NCBI GenBank assembly: GCA_002245135.1
Contig: NGBS01000596.1
Location: 1 to 64,000 of the forward strand
Length of the DNA: 64,000 nucleotides
Reading direction: 5' to 3'
Origin: Proteromonas lacertae
Lineage: Eukaryota
This document shows positions 1 to 14,700 of this stretch, piece by piece (position 1 is the first letter of the stretch; the number at the start of each line of letters is the position of its first letter). Position numbers and translations under genes: made by a program. The notes below the pieces were generated by a model. The model did not search any database and was not told the DNA's origin. It saw only the letters and a list, made by a program, of their open reading frames with translations.

Positions 1-637
1 ATTACATAATGATGTATATTACATTACAGTCATTAAGTATACCAGGATCAATTATTCTTAATTTTCTCTCTGGTATATTATATGGTTTTTATCCTGGTTT
101 TATCATTATTTCAATTGTACATCTATTGGTACATCTTTAATATACACTGTTTCAAAGTTATACGGAGTAAATGTGTTTAAACCAATCATACCACACTCAT
201 TATCAGTTCATTTTGAACCTGAAGTATGTTTAAAAGTTCTTTTATATTTTTAATAGGTAAAACATTTATCACTTAAATCATTCATTGTCACAGTATGTCT
301 TAGACTCAGCCCTGTACCAAATTGGTTTATTAATCTCTTAGCTCCCATTTACCACTTAATTTATTATCATTTGTGATTGGTACTATTGTAGGATTAACAC
401 CTGCTATGTATGTGCAAATAACTGCAGGAATGGCAGCAATGAAATTAACTACCGATCCAGGTTCAACATCACTTTATTCTGTGATTTTACCGATTATAAT
501 TGTGTTGGTTGTTATGTGGATATGTTCACATTATGTGACTAAGCATTTTGTTCCACAGGAAATCACTGATGTATTGAAAAGACATTCTCTTAACAGTATT
601 CTTGTTATTTATTATTATTTTCATAGAGGAGATATAG
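1..637 (+). CDS. VTT-domain (SNARE-associated Golgi / TMEM41-like) membrane protein, 5' truncated by the window edge
   Basis: Motifs SIPGSIILNFLSG, LRLSPVPNWFIN and GTIVGLTP. Introns near 224-257 and 596-626. One apparent 1-bp deletion near 115. Confidence 0.75.
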
Positions 638-736
638 TGTACATTATAGTTAATATAAAATTTTCATTTAAATTTACTTTGTTTGTGTAGATATTTTGAT
701 ATTAAAAAACAGGTCAAGATCTGTTCGTGACTCAAA

Positions 737-2415
737 ATGTTTTTGCATTTTTCTTCATCTTTGAGATATTCTCTTCGAAATATATCTAAATTCAGTACAC
801 TCACTTCAAGCTATTTAGATAAAACCATCACATGCAAATCAAAGAGAGTCTTATCTGAATTTGAAACATGTTATGAAAATGTATAGAAATAACTACTATT
901 ATTATAGTTTTTAGAATGTAAAGACTATGTAACAAAACCTCTCATGATGTATATTCTTTATTGTGTGATTTTTTAGTTATATAAGAAAGATAAGAGTTTA
1001 TACATGGCGCCTATACTAGTTGCTTTTGAACATATAATGCAGAATGGATTTTCTCATTCAACCGTAGAAACTGACATTAACTTCCTTCATAAGCTAAATC
1101 TAGAAGGAAAATGTACAAATACAGAATTAGACTATTACAAAGCACTCATAAAATGGAATGAAGGTAAATTATCTGATGCAGCTAACATTTTAGAACAAAA
1201 TCTCCTCATTACTCCTGAAGATATTTTAACTTTAAGAATATTACATGATATATACTATCATTTAGGTGATAAATATAACTTAGTATATTTTATATTAACA
1301 TATATATAGTTAAATAGTGTAAATCGAGTAGCTTCTCATTATTCTAATGCTGTATATGGATATGAGACATTATTAAGTCTTCAGTCATTCGGATTACAAG
1401 AAAATCATTATTTCAAAACAGCTGAAGAAACAGCAATGTCAGCCTTAACAATTGATTCTAATAATATGATTGGTTATTTAGCTTTAGCACATTTAAAATA
1501 TAATTCTGCAAATATTCGAGAAGGTCAAAGAATCTATAGAGAATTTGAAGATTATTGGAGTAAAAGTAGTAAAATAAATGAAAGTTTATATAAACTTTAA
1601 AAATATGTGTGAATATGGTCAAACTCCTCAAGCCATGAATATCTATGAAGGATTAGAAGTAGAGAAAGCTAGTTTGAATAATATAGTTTGTAAAACGGCT
1701 AGTTTATTTTATTTAGATTTAGATCATGATGCTAGTAGTGATAAATGGAAAGAATATTCAAAGTCAAAATGGGAAATATTATTATCTCAATGGAATGAAT
1801 ATAAATCTCAACGTAATTATCCATTTTATGATATTTTATTGGCTATTACATTATGTAAAACAAAGAATTTTGATATTTTGAAGAAATTGAAAAAAGAAAT
1901 AAATGATTATTGTAATAATAATAATAATAAGCCAACTGAATATAATGATAATAATTTTATAAAGTATTCTTCTTCTACTTCCTCCTTTATATATAATGAA
2001 AATGTAATAGACTATATTCCAAGAATGAAATCAATAGGATTGCCCACTTATTAATACAATCGAATTATATTATGAAAAGAAATATAAAGAATGTTTATAT
2101 CATTTATTACCATTAAATCGAAATTAGAATTTTTTAGGAATGTGTGAATTAGATAGAGATTTGTTTAACTACTTCATAATTGAATGTTCAATAAGAAATG
2201 GTGATTATAATATAGCTCATTCCTTATTGTGTGAAAGAAGCTATTTAAAATCAACAGCTCCTTATTCAATTGATCGAATTGGTGATATATATTTAATAAA
2301 TAAAGATTATGCTAAAGCTAAATATTATCATACAAGAGCGAATGATTTAGGAAGAAGACAAGGAATGATATCTTCATATTATCAAGAATATACAGGTAAA
2401 TATGATGAATGGTAA
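737..2415 (+). CDS. TTC38-like tetratricopeptide repeat protein with a possible mitochondrial presequence
   Basis: Spliced product includes PEDILTLRILHDIYYHLG, SFGLQENH, IGLPLI and LGMCELDRDLF, resembling TTC38. The N-terminus MFLHFSSSLRYSLRNISKFS is presequence-like. About four single-base frameshifts (near 1598, 2044, 2116, 2131). Confidence 0.7.
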
Positions 2416-2472
2416 TAATTGTAAATTGTTTTGTTTTTGTTTTTATAGACAAAAAAAATAATAAATATAAAA

Positions 2473-5400
2473 TCATTCAATATTAAGAAATTCATTTGAT
2501 AATTCTTTCTTTTCTTCATCTCTTATACCATCCAGTTTTATTCTTATAATTGTAGAAAATGCATCTAAAAATGATTTTAATTCTTTTTTATCTACATCAT
2601 CTTTTACTGTTATTGATAATTCATATAAAATATAAAACACTTCTCTATTATTTTTCATCAATCTCAATTCATTCTCATTTAATTTATTACCTAATAGATT
2701 TATATATCTAATTGTTCTATTTTCTTTCAATGTTTCTACTAATAATTTTAATCCTCTTTCACTCATTCCAATATCTATTCAAATAAAAATATTATCATAT
2801 ATCCTTATATACTGGAGATATTTAAATAGATTAAATCATTTTGCCAACTTTTTTCTGAAAATATTTTAAAAAATTTACATATTATTTCTATTCCTTCATC
2901 TCCAATTGGATTATTATTTATTGGAATGTTAAAAGCTCTTTTTGGTAAAGATTCTGTTAATTCTTTTAATCCTTTTGAACTGATTTTATTATTGTATAAA
3001 TCAATTTCTTTAAAATCAATCCGCCTTTATTAAGGAAATATGAGAATCATTCAGATTTAAATCTATCTCAATATAAACATGGAATCTATACTAGACAAAT
3101 CATAACCATAAAAACCATCCTTTCTAACACAATAATCTATATAATACTCTACTTCTTCACTAGTCCATGATAAACTATTCATTGCTATATAGGGATTAGT
3201 TGTTTTTTCTAATGATTTTGAACATATTGATTTTAATCCATTCATTCGAATATTATTTCCTTTTAGATATATACTATAGCAACATTTAAATGAATCAATT
3301 TTATTTGTTAATAATTTCACACTTTCATCATCTATTGAAATATTACTTAAATTCATTTGGTTTAATGCAGATCTATCCATTAACATTTCCAAATCATTTG
3401 ATATCAGTTTAAAATCCTGCATTACCAATTGGATTATCTATTAATCATACATTAAATATTTATATAATTATACTATGGATGATTAACTTTTTAATATAAT
3501 TATTCTCCTTCATATATTTCACTAAATATTCTATTCCAATTGAATCTATATTATTATTACTTAAATCAAGTCTTTTAATTTTTTTATAATAATTACTATA
3601 GCAATAACATTCATATAAATTATCTGCATAATCATAATCATCATCATCGTCATAATCATCGTCGTCTTCTTCTTCTTCGTTCTTTTCTTCTTCTTTCTTT
3701 TCTTTATCTGCATCACTGTTAATCTTCTTTAAACCATCAACTAAATATTTCAATCCAATTGAAGATAATCCCATTTCTATTACATATTATATTATAGTAA
3801 TAATACTTGAACAATTCATTGTAGGATATTTCTTTAACAAATTCAAATGAGGTGATAGTAATCTCATTCCTTCATCTCCTATCTCATTTCCATATATTAT
3901 GATCTCTTTAAGACTATGAAATGAAGATAAATTGTCAATCAGAGTTTCAATACTTCGATATGAGAGTTTATTATCTAATTATTATACAAATACCAAATTA
4001 TACTTCGCATATATAACCATTCTATCTCACTTAATTCATTCCATCTTAAAGATATGAACGGAATGAAGATATCATCATCAATTTCACATCTTGCCAGATT
4101 TAATTCATTTTTATGGATTAAAAATGGAGGAATAGGACCATAATTAGAAGGAATATCAGCATTAACATCTTTAATATACTTTATTAATAATGGGATGTTT
4201 TTATCAATTAGTAATTCTTTACTCCCATTAAAACTAAACTTTACTTTATCAATTGGAAATGTGGAAAATAATGCTTTTAATCCTCTCCAATAAATGTCAT
4301 TATTCTCAATGTTAATTCTCTCTATATTTGAATATTTGTGTAATTCTTGGGATAATATTATCATTGATTCATCATTTAACCTCATTCTTTCAAAATCCAA
4401 AATATTATTTCTATTGATTAATAAATATAAATATGGAAGAATCAATCTGAATCCTTTTGGACCAATCGGATTAGCTATTACATATTTATAAAATGAATAA
4501 TAAATAAATACCTTTAAGATTGACATATTTCAATTTCATTAATGGAATTGATTCTATAAATGTTTCAATAAAATAGAAAGATAAACTGCAGTATGATAAA
4601 TCTAATTCTTGTAAATTTGATAATTGTGAAAACAATGATCCAAATAATGACTGATATTGAATTGGAATATGAAAATTACTATAATAATCAACTATACAAA
4701 ATATAAAAGAATAAAATAATACTAAATAAAAGCTTTGTTGAATTAAATATTTTCAATAAACTGAAAATATACTTCATTCCATCATCACAGAAACATATAC
4801 AGTTTGAATCAAATTGGATTTTTTCTTTATTTATTTTATCATTTTCTATTTTGAATATTATTTCATCTAAATAACATTCCTCACATTCTTTACATTGATG
4901 ATGAATATGAAATTTTTAGTTTATCTCTGATTGATTCATCTTTTGTAATTATTTTCATCATTAATAGTATTGATAGTATTCTTTCATTACGATTTGTACT
5001 GTATAATTCTATCAGATTATCTTTGACACTTTCCCATTTACCATGTCTATTATAACATTCTGATTGATTAAATATAGATGGAGGTATTTCTATTACATAA
5101 TCATTATTGAATAATATTTCTTTCATTTCTCTCAATACCATCATATTATTATCACTATCTCTTATTATCTCACTCATTTTTATCATCTCTTTTTTCAACT
5201 CTTTCAAACTCAATCGATCTTCACTTTTCAATATTAACATCTTTTCAACTATCTCTTTCATTATATCATCTTTCATTAATTCTTTATTATATGAACAATT
5301 CATTATATTGTAGATTATTTTGATGATATTATTATCTTCACTAAATGGTAATTCTTGACTTATCATTTCATATAATATACAACCAATTGACCAAATCACA

Positions 5401-6002
5401 CTTCTATCGTTACATTCTAAACCATTTAACTCCTCTGGGCTTTTAAAGCAAATATCATACACTCTCATATCTTCATCTTTTCTCATAATATTTACAGATA
5501 AATCGCATATCTTTATTTCATCATCTTCTTCATATATAATATTAGAACTCTTTAGATTACCAACTTTTAATTCATAATCTTCCAATATCATCAATACATC
5601 ACATATGACACTTATTATATTACATGAATCACTTCTTAATATGATTTTTGTGTTAATAATGTATTCTAAGTCATATTTATAGTATTCTCGTGATATTATC
5701 ATATATTCATTATATCCATTTATTTGGAATGTTTCAGAACAACATATGGAAGGTAAAGAACAATCTAACAACATAGAGTTATTCTCATAGAACTTTAATA
5801 TCATCTTTTCTTTTATTCCAGCAATATTTATCACTTTCACCATTTTAATATCTCTTTGATGTTGTATGACAATATCTACTTCTACTTTACTCTTTTCGAT
5901 ATTCTCCATTATCTATAATATATAAGTCAACAAAAATACTATAGAACCATTGGGCAATACTGCAGGTAATACGTTATTTACAAAAGATTTCAAACTAAAC
6001 AT
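2473..6002 (-). CDS. Pseudokinase plus RNI-like LRR protein, copy A
   Basis: Kinase-fold remnants GNLKSSNI, KICDL, FKSPEEL and IWSIGCILYEM, followed by multi-exon LxLxxNxIxxxG repeats. Clear paralog at 29820-33192. Two 1-bp homopolymer insertions (near 4915 and 3024) break the frame relative to copy B. Confidence 0.8.
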
Positions 6003-6168
6003 TTTCTTTCTGTTTCAAAAATATACTCGTTTCATAATCAGTTATTCATTTTTAAAATCTCGAAATATTCACTCTATTCAACATATCAATTCATTTACAA
6101 TCAACAAACAAATTCAAAATAGAAATAAATTTCATAATATAAAAAAATCTCTTCAAAACTACACTTCT

Positions 6169-9100
6169 TTAAGACAAATCTTCTCGAGGAGTAACTTGTT
6201 GATGTTTGGCTGCTTTACCTAATTCTACTTTACCAGCAGAAGAAGCAAAATTCATTGAACAGAATGATTCATCAGAACTAGCCATAGAAGGAGATATCTA
6301 TTCATATAATATATAATACACACAATATATATATACTTGAACAATCATCAATGTTTTAGCATCTCCAGATAAACTATCTTGTAACAAATATGTCAATTTA
6401 CTATCTCTAAAAGGAACATGAGCTTGTTTAGATCCTCGAGCTTTGATTACTATACCAAGTTGAGTAAGTGATAAATTAATAGCTTTAGCTTCATCTAATC
6501 TCTTACCTTCAGCTTTTGTCTTATTGATTCTCTCAGAACCAGCTAAATCAATCAAATGTAATTTACCAATTGAAACTACACCTGTATATTTATCTTTTGC
6601 AGTTGAATAGATTGAAAATATGCAGTGAGAACGACTGGAAGTTTTATTCATTTTAGTTGAAGCTGTTGCTCGATTCTTATTTCCAACATCCATTAATCTA
6701 AACACTTCTTCGATTTGAGTTACTTTGGTGATGGTTAAACCTTGAACATAGTTTACATTCTTTCCATCTTTCTTTTCTAATTTTATTTCTAATTTTTGAC
6801 CTCCTAATGGATTACTTGATAATAAATCATAGATTTCTTCATTATATATTTCCATTAAACTTACAGATAATGATATATCTAAATGATCACTTTTCTCTTT
6901 CGCTAATTCAAATAATCGATTGATTGCTCGATAATTCACACCACGATCCTCAGGAGGTCCTTCCATAGTATAAGTTTTACCAGAACCTGTTTGACCATAA
7001 GCAAATATTGTCACATTATATCCATCTAATACAGAAGTGATTAATGGTTCAACTTCATTATAAACATCAGTGTTTGTTTCTTTTGGTGTAAATATCCTAT
7101 CACATTCCCAAGATTTTATATAGCCTTTCGTTGCTTTTAGTGATAATTCACCATCTTCCATCTTAACTACAGATGTTTCTTTTTCACTGCCCAATAACGG
7201 TCTAACTCTACATAATACTCGAATATTACCTCGTAATTCTTGTAATACATTAAATAGTCTTCGTCTTTCAGCCATTTCTTTACGATATTTCTTAAATACA
7301 TCAGTGTATTTCTCATTTACATCATTAAAGTTCTTTTGAATAATGGAATGAATATCTTTTAGATTACTTGTCATTTCTGTTTTAATGGCTACTGATTGTT
7401 TCTTTATGTCTTTCAATTCACTATTAATTTCTTTCGATTTAGCATTTACGATTTGCATTACTTTAGATGTTGAGTTTTCGGTTTGATTCCATTTATCACT
7501 TAATTCTTTATATTGTTTATTCAATTTATCAATTTCTTTATCTTTATCTTGAAGTTCTTTCTTTAATGATGAAGCATCTTTTGCTGCTAATGATAAACTA
7601 TTTAATTCTTCATTCAACTTATCAATTGTTGATTTATTCTCACTTATTTCACCATTCAGTTTTTCAGCATTCTTTAATAATTCATTAATCTTATTTTGTA
7701 GTTTGTTATTATCACCACTCGTTTGTTCATATGTTTTTATCTTCTCTTGAGCTGATTCTAGTTGTGATTTCAAATCCTTTAACTGTGCTAAATACTCCTT
7801 TTCTTTCTCTTTTTCTTGCTCTCTTTCTTTTTCTCTTTCTTTGTCTTTTGCATTGTCTTTCTCTTTATTATTCTCTTTTGGAGTTTCATGTGGTGTTACT
7901 GTTCCACTAGCTGCACCACTTGCATTACTACTTCCACCACCATTCTTCTGTTGTTCTAAAACTATTCTAAATTGTTGTTTTAATTTCTCTATTATATAAA
8001 TAATAATAATATATATACTATATTTAGCTTGTAATTCTTCATATTGAGCGTTGTTAGGTAATGAAGGAGAATCACTTGATGAAGATGGAGCTGAAGGAAT
8101 TGAATCACTTCCACTTCCACCTGCTGCTTTCTTACTCTTCACTAACTTTACATAATTTGTCTTCCATTTAATTGCCTTCTGTTTGAATAACAACGCCTTC
8201 TGTTTTATCTTTTGAGATTCTTTTGTTTTGGTTTCTAATTGTTGTTTCAGTTCAGTTATCTGCTTTGAATCTGCTTCTGCTGTTGTATTTACTTTAGCTG
8301 CTGTTGGTATAATATCTACTTGGAATTCTGGTGGTAATGGTTGACCTGTGCTTAACCAATAATTGTATAATGATTCATTCTTTGCTCTAAGAATATGTAA
8401 TAAGTCATTGGGTTTAGTTGTGTCATTTTCTAATAACATTATTGAATCATAATAAACCTATATAAATATTATATATATATATTAATATTATACTTTATTT
8501 TCATATTCAAATGCTTCTAATTTCTTCTTCAATATTAAATTCTGTACTTTCAAATTCTCTTCCGTGTTTTGAGCATCTTCATCTTTATCCACTTTGTCAA
8601 TTTCTTTGGATTTCTTTTGTAGACTTTCAGCATACTATGATTATAACAATAAAATAATAATAATAATAATAAATACAGCTTCCATATCTTCTAATTCATC
8701 ATCATCATCTTGTATTTTATTGCTAGTAAATTTACCTTTAGTATAATCAACAAAGTCAAGTAATTTCTCACTGGCTTCTTTGATTATGTTCATATACTTC
8801 TTTTTGACCATTGCTGCTTTCTTATTGAGATCTTCATTACCCTATTAATATAATATATTATGATATATACTTGTATAGCTGAGGTTTGATTCTCAGTAAT
8901 TCGACTGTTGAGTGTAGCTAGGTTGGTAGTTAAATTTTCATTTCTATTTTAAGATACATAATAAGTATTCAGATATACAATCTCTTTAATTGGTTGATTT
9001 GATCACCATCTTCAACAATTCTTTTTTGAAGCGCTTCTATTTCTCTCTGATGTGCAGTAGTGATAGCTATAAGTGAATAAACTTTAAAATATACAAAAAT

Positions 9101-9308
9101 TCTCATATTCATCACTATCTGAAGAATAAGAATCTGATGACCAGTCCTAGAGTATAATTGACAATTTAAATACATCCACTCCAAATTCAGTTGCAAATGT
9201 CTGGTGAATGTCTTCATGCAATTGTACAGCTGAAGGATCATACACTACAGGTTTGTGAAAAGCCTTTAAACAATAGTCATATAATGTATATACTGTTTCC
9301 TGACTCAT
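6169..9308 (-). CDS. Kinesin-14 (C-terminal motor) with long N-terminal coiled coil
   Basis: Neck ELRGNIRVLCRVRP, P-loop [13 protein letters not shown] and DLAGSE at the C-terminus. The 5' exons splice by eye back to an ATG at 9308. Confidence 0.92.
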
Positions 9309-9450
9309 AATTTCAAAATATAGGCTATAAAGCTAACTAAAAAGCAACTAACAGAAAGCCAGAAATTTCAAAAATCAAACTCAAGTTTGAGAATCAAGCA
9401 TTTTTATTTAAATTGCTTTAAATCTTCACTTTTAGTGCTTATCATTCAGA

Positions 9451-10832
9451 ATGCCAGGTGAAAAAAGTGGTAAAGCAAAAAAGCGTGAACAACAAAAAGC
9501 ACAACAGAAAGCACAAGAAAAATTTGCTAATAAAATAGTGGAAGATAAGACTTTTGGTCTTAAAAACAAAAATAAGAGTAATTCTATGCAATTATAATTT
9601 AATTAGGTAAAAAGGTCCAACAATACGTAAATCAAGTGAAGAAAGTGTACACAGGAACAGTATATAATCTCTATGATATAAATTGATGAATAGAATGATA
9701 AAATAGAAGAAGAAAAGAGAAGACAACAAAGAGAAAAGAAGAATGAACTAGAACGACAAAAGAAGGAAATGGAAGAATTAATGAAAGTCGTAATAGAACA
9801 GCCAAAGCCAAAATTTGGTGAAGATCCAAAATCAATATTATGTCAATTTTTCAAATTAGGTAAATGTAAAAAAGGTGATAAATGTAAATTTTCTCATGAT
9901 TTAACAATTGAAAACAAAGCAGCAAAGAAATCATTATATACCGATACTCGTGATGACAAAAAACCAGAAGATAACATGGAGAATTGGGATCAAGAGACTC
10001 TAGAAAAAGTTGTCGAAGAAAATGCCAAACAAGCGAAGAACCAATCAAGATCCAAGACAATCTGTAAATATTTCTTAGATGCAATAGAGAGAGAAGTATA
10101 CGGCTGGTTCTGGAAGTGTCCAAATGGTGGAAATGACTGTCCATATAGACATGCATTACCTGAAGGATTTGTATTTAAAACACGTAAACAGAAGGAGTTA
10201 GAATCCATGCAGAAAGCTGAAATGAGTAGTGTTGATAAGGAATTATTACAATTAGAGAAGTTAGAGGAATTAAGAGCACATTTACCAACTTCAGGATTAA
10301 CACCAGTAACACCAGAGACATTTGCAAAATGGAAAGAAGATAGAATTAAGAAAAGAGTATTTATTATATTATTAATTATTTTGAATAGGAAGAAGAAAGA
10401 ATCAAAGCTGCAGCAGATCAAGCCAATAATAAAGTTCAACAGCAACAACGTGGTTTATCAGGAAGAGATTTATTCTCATACGATCCATCGTTGTTTGTGG
10501 ATGATGATGAAGCTGCTGGTAATAATGAATATGATGTGATTGAAGAAGAAGAGAATGATGGCAATGATGAAGATAAAGATAATGCACCACCTGCACCTTA
10601 TTTACAAACAGATGGACCAATTGATGAGACATTATTTGAAGAGGAAGATTTGGATGATTTACCAGATGATGATGATGATGATGATGAAGGAGAGAAAGAA
10701 CGAGAAACAAAACCTGATGAAAGTAATAATAGCAATAATAATGATAATAATAATAGCGAGAGTAATAATAATACAAATAAAGAAGAAGAAGGTGATAATG
10801 AAGGTGAAAAAGAAGCAAAACCATCTGAATAA
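9451..10832 (+). CDS. ZC3H15: CCCH zinc-finger protein ZC3H15/Tma46 (DFRP1)
   Basis: EDKTFGLKNKNK, DPKSILCQFFKLGKCKKGDKCKFSHDL, ICKYFLDAIE..YGWFWKCPNGG..CPYRHALP and an acidic tail. Confidence 0.93.
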
Positions 10833-10952
10833 GTTATTATTATATAATATATATATAATATTTTGATTTTTAACATTTTGTTTTTATTTTTATTGTTGTT
10901 TTGTTAGTATATTATAGGGGGAAAAAACAAATAAAAGATAAAATAAAGATAA

Positions 10953-11654
10953 TTATAATGATGATAATAAATCTGATAATTGAGATTTGATATTCTCAAT
11001 ATTGTCAGAATTTAGACAATTTTCTATTGCACCTTTCTAAAATAATAATAAATAACACTATATATACAACTGACTCATTCTTCTTCTTATATTCTTCTTC
11101 AATTTCATTAACATCTTTGTCAAATCTGTCTATTTCTTTCTCATAATTCTTTTTATATGTGTCTTTTATTAAATTATTCTTTCTAACCATATAATCTAGT
11201 TGATCATTTGTATTATCTAGTGCTTCTTGTAGTTCCTATTGATACTATAACACATTAATATATTATACATTTATTTTTAATTCTCTTAGTGCGATTATTG
11301 ACTGTTTTTCTTGGTTCTCTTGAACTAATATTTGAATTTGATTAATTAATTGCTTTTTATCACCACTAACTCTCATAGCTTCATCTCTGGCAAGCTAATA
11401 TAATAATATTTTACCCTATACTTCTATCTTTTTCAAAACAACTTCCATTTCCTCAGGACTCTTTTGCTTTAACTCTCTATGGTTATAAATACTTTCATTA
11501 TACTCATTTCTTCTTTGTAACTTCCTCACTTTTGTTTCTAGCTTTTGAATTTCATAGATCAGCTCTTCATTCTCTTGTTTCAGCTGGTCGATTTCTAAAC
11601 GATCCAAATAATCTATTTTTAAGCATAAATACTCATTATCATACCATATGACAT
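10953..11654 (-). CDS. Hypothetical coiled-coil protein
   Basis: Exons splice in frame across GTAT..AG mini-introns. Heptad-rich E/K/Q sequence; no family recognised. Confidence 0.6.
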
Positions 11655-11781
11655 GATTTTTAAACAAAAACTGTTTTTCTCTTTTTTTTGAATAACAATC
11701 AAACACTAAAACATATTATAATTCAAATAAATTTAAAGAGAGCTTAACATTACCATATACGCTTTGAAAAGAAGAAAATTG

Positions 11782-14700
11782 TTATATATCGTCTTCATTC
11801 AATTCATCGTCATCATCACTAAGAACAGCAGCATCAGCTCCACCTATGCTACCAGTCATTTGTGATGTAGTTTCAGAAGATAAATCAGATAATAATTTAT
11901 TCGTTCTGTTGAAATCATCATCCTTTGGAGTATTTTCATCGGATGAGAGATCAATATCATCTGCATCAATGTCAAATAATAAATCATCTGTTTTATCGGT
12001 TTGAGCTGTTTTGGGAGTAGATTTTGCTGATTTTTTAGATAATGGGGTTGTTTTAGAGGGTGTTGAAACAGACTTTTTACTCTTTGTAGTACTAGGAGTA
12101 GGAACTTTTGGTGGTTTTGATGGGAGTTTTGGAGTATTTGTTTTAATTTGTGGTGGTGGAGGTGGCTTTCGTTTTATAGATGGTTTTGCTGTTGATTTTG
12201 TAGCAGCAGGTTTTGGTGCTGATTTTGCAACTACAGCTTTAGCAGTTGGCTTGGAAGGAGCTGGTTTTGTTGGAGGTTTTTTAGCAACTACTGGTTTTGA
12301 CTTTGGTTTTTCTGCTGGCTTTGGCTTTTCTACTGGCTTTGGTTTTTCAACAGGCTTCTTTGGTACTGGTACTGGTTTCTTTGCAACTGATTTCTTTGCT
12401 TTCTTTGGTGATTTCTTTTCAGTTGTTTTTTCTGGAGTTGGTTTAGTTTCTTCTTCTTCTAATTGTTGTTGTTGTTCTTCTTCCTCATTATTTCCTTCTT
12501 CACTTTCGTCTTTTACTTCGTCTTCCTGCTGTTGTTCCTCTTCTTCTGGTTTCTCTTCCTCCTGTTGTTGCTGTTCTTCCTCTACTTTTTCATCTTGTTC
12601 CTCTTCACCTGCTTCTTCTTCTGCTTCTTCCTTTTCTTCACCTTCCTCTTGTTGTTCTTCTTCACCTTCATCATCTTCTTCTTTTACTACCTCAAGATCA
12701 CCTTCTTCTTCCTCATTTTCTTCTCCATTTTCTTCTCCATTTTCTTCTTCTTCTCCTGCTTCAACTTCCTCTTCCTCTTCTTTTTGTTCCTCTTCTTCAC
12801 CTTCTTCTTCTTCTTCTTCCTCCTCCTCCTCCTCACTTTTCTCTTCTTCTACTTCCACCACTTCAATCTCTTTTTCTTCTTGTTCCTCTTGTTGCTGAGG
12901 TTGTTGTATCATTTCTTCTTCTTCTTCTTCTACTGGCTGTTGTTCTTCTACTACTACTTCTTCTTCTTTCTGTACAATAGGTGATGATGGAATAGAATGA
13001 TGTCTAATCACTCTTGGTCTTTCAGGTAATGGTGATTTTAACTTTGGAAATGGATTCTCATCACTAGGAATCTCAGTCAAATTCTCTATATAATCTCTAT
13101 ATCTTTGTCTTCTTAAAAACATTGCTTCTATCCATTGAATTACTCTTTGTTGTACCTTTGCTAATCTCAATATTCTCTCCTGTTCAGCTTGATTTCTTTT
13201 CTCTTTTTGTTCCTTTAAAACAGCTCTTCTTCTCTTATTTTCTTCTCTCATTGCATCTCTCTTTTTCTTTATCATTTCTCTACTTTCACTACTGATTTGT
13301 GGTTTAAATGTACATTTCTCCTTTTCTAATTGTTTTGATCTTTCTTCTCTTGATTTATAATCTGTTGGTTTTACTAATAGATTGAATCGATCCTTTTGGC
13401 TTTCATATATTACATCATTACTATGATCTACCTTTGGTTTAAATGAACATTCTTTATGTAATTGTTCTTCCCTTTTTTTATCTAATTCAGCATATTTTAT
13501 TCTTGGATCATTGTTTCTCTTCCATAAAGGTACTGATTTCTTCTTCTTTGAATATTCAGAAATGGTTGGAACAGGTTGGCATTCATCTATACCTTCATTC
13601 TCATATCGATATTTCTTTAACTCTTCATAGGACATTGTATCTTTCTTTTTATATCTCAATAATCGATCTTCTATCTTTCCTTTTCTTTCATCTAATTTAT
13701 AATTCTATTTAGAAATAATTAATAATAATAAATACTTTGTTAATTTTTGGATGGAATGTCAATTCTTTAGCATCTCTTAATGGTGGTTCAACTATTGGAG
13801 TTTTATCCCATGCATATAATCTCTCAATATATTCCTTCTTTGACATTGCTACAGTTGTTGATTTACTTCTATTTTTATTAATTGTTGGTCTAAACGTACA
13901 ATCTTTAGTCTTTTCTTCATTCATTGCTTTCTTCTTTTGGTCTAATCGATCATTGTATTTGTTAGTATATTCATATAACTCTTGTCCTAGTTTCTCAGGA
14001 CTTCTTCGTCTTTCTCTTGCACTGGTTGATCTACTCAATTTTGGCCTGAAAGTGCAATCTTCTGGTAGTTCAGGATTATCACCATTATTCTCTAATATTT
14101 CTCTGTATTTTTGAGTATATTGTTCGATTGATTCTGTGATTCTTTGGAAGTGGTTTTTACCGTATCTTTCACTCTTTCTAGTCACTTGTGGTGAGAATGT
14201 TTCTTCAGGATCAACGTAGACTGTTTTTTCTTTTAATCCATCTTGATATAATTCATCAATTATATTTTTACCTCTATATCTTCTAGCACTTAATGATCTT
14301 GATTTTTCAGCTATTTGTGGTTTAAACATATTCTATTTTTGTATATTAATAAATATATAAATTATATACTGGATCAATTCTATTTCTTACATATGATCGT
14401 TTTGATATAACTGATGTTGATCTCTGAGTAGTCATTGGTGGTTTAGATAAACCATTTTCATCACTATCTCCATTGTGTTTAATTGTTGATGGTCTTTTCA
14501 TTGGAGATTGTTGTCTTTCTTTTGGTCCTTCATATTCGATCATTTCATAATATTTTTCAATACTTCTAGCTCGACGTTGCTATATATATAATATAATATA
14601 TAATATATTAAAATACTTCAAATGATTCAAACACTTTATAATTCTTATTCTTATACAATACTGGTCTATATAATTTACTATCATTCTGAATATAAGCTAA

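Noticed and set aside
12011..12984. Long plus-strand ORFs (295 aa and 173 aa) rich in Ser/Gly/Phe
   Set aside because: Antisense shadows of the Glu- and Lys/Pro-rich minus-strand gene.
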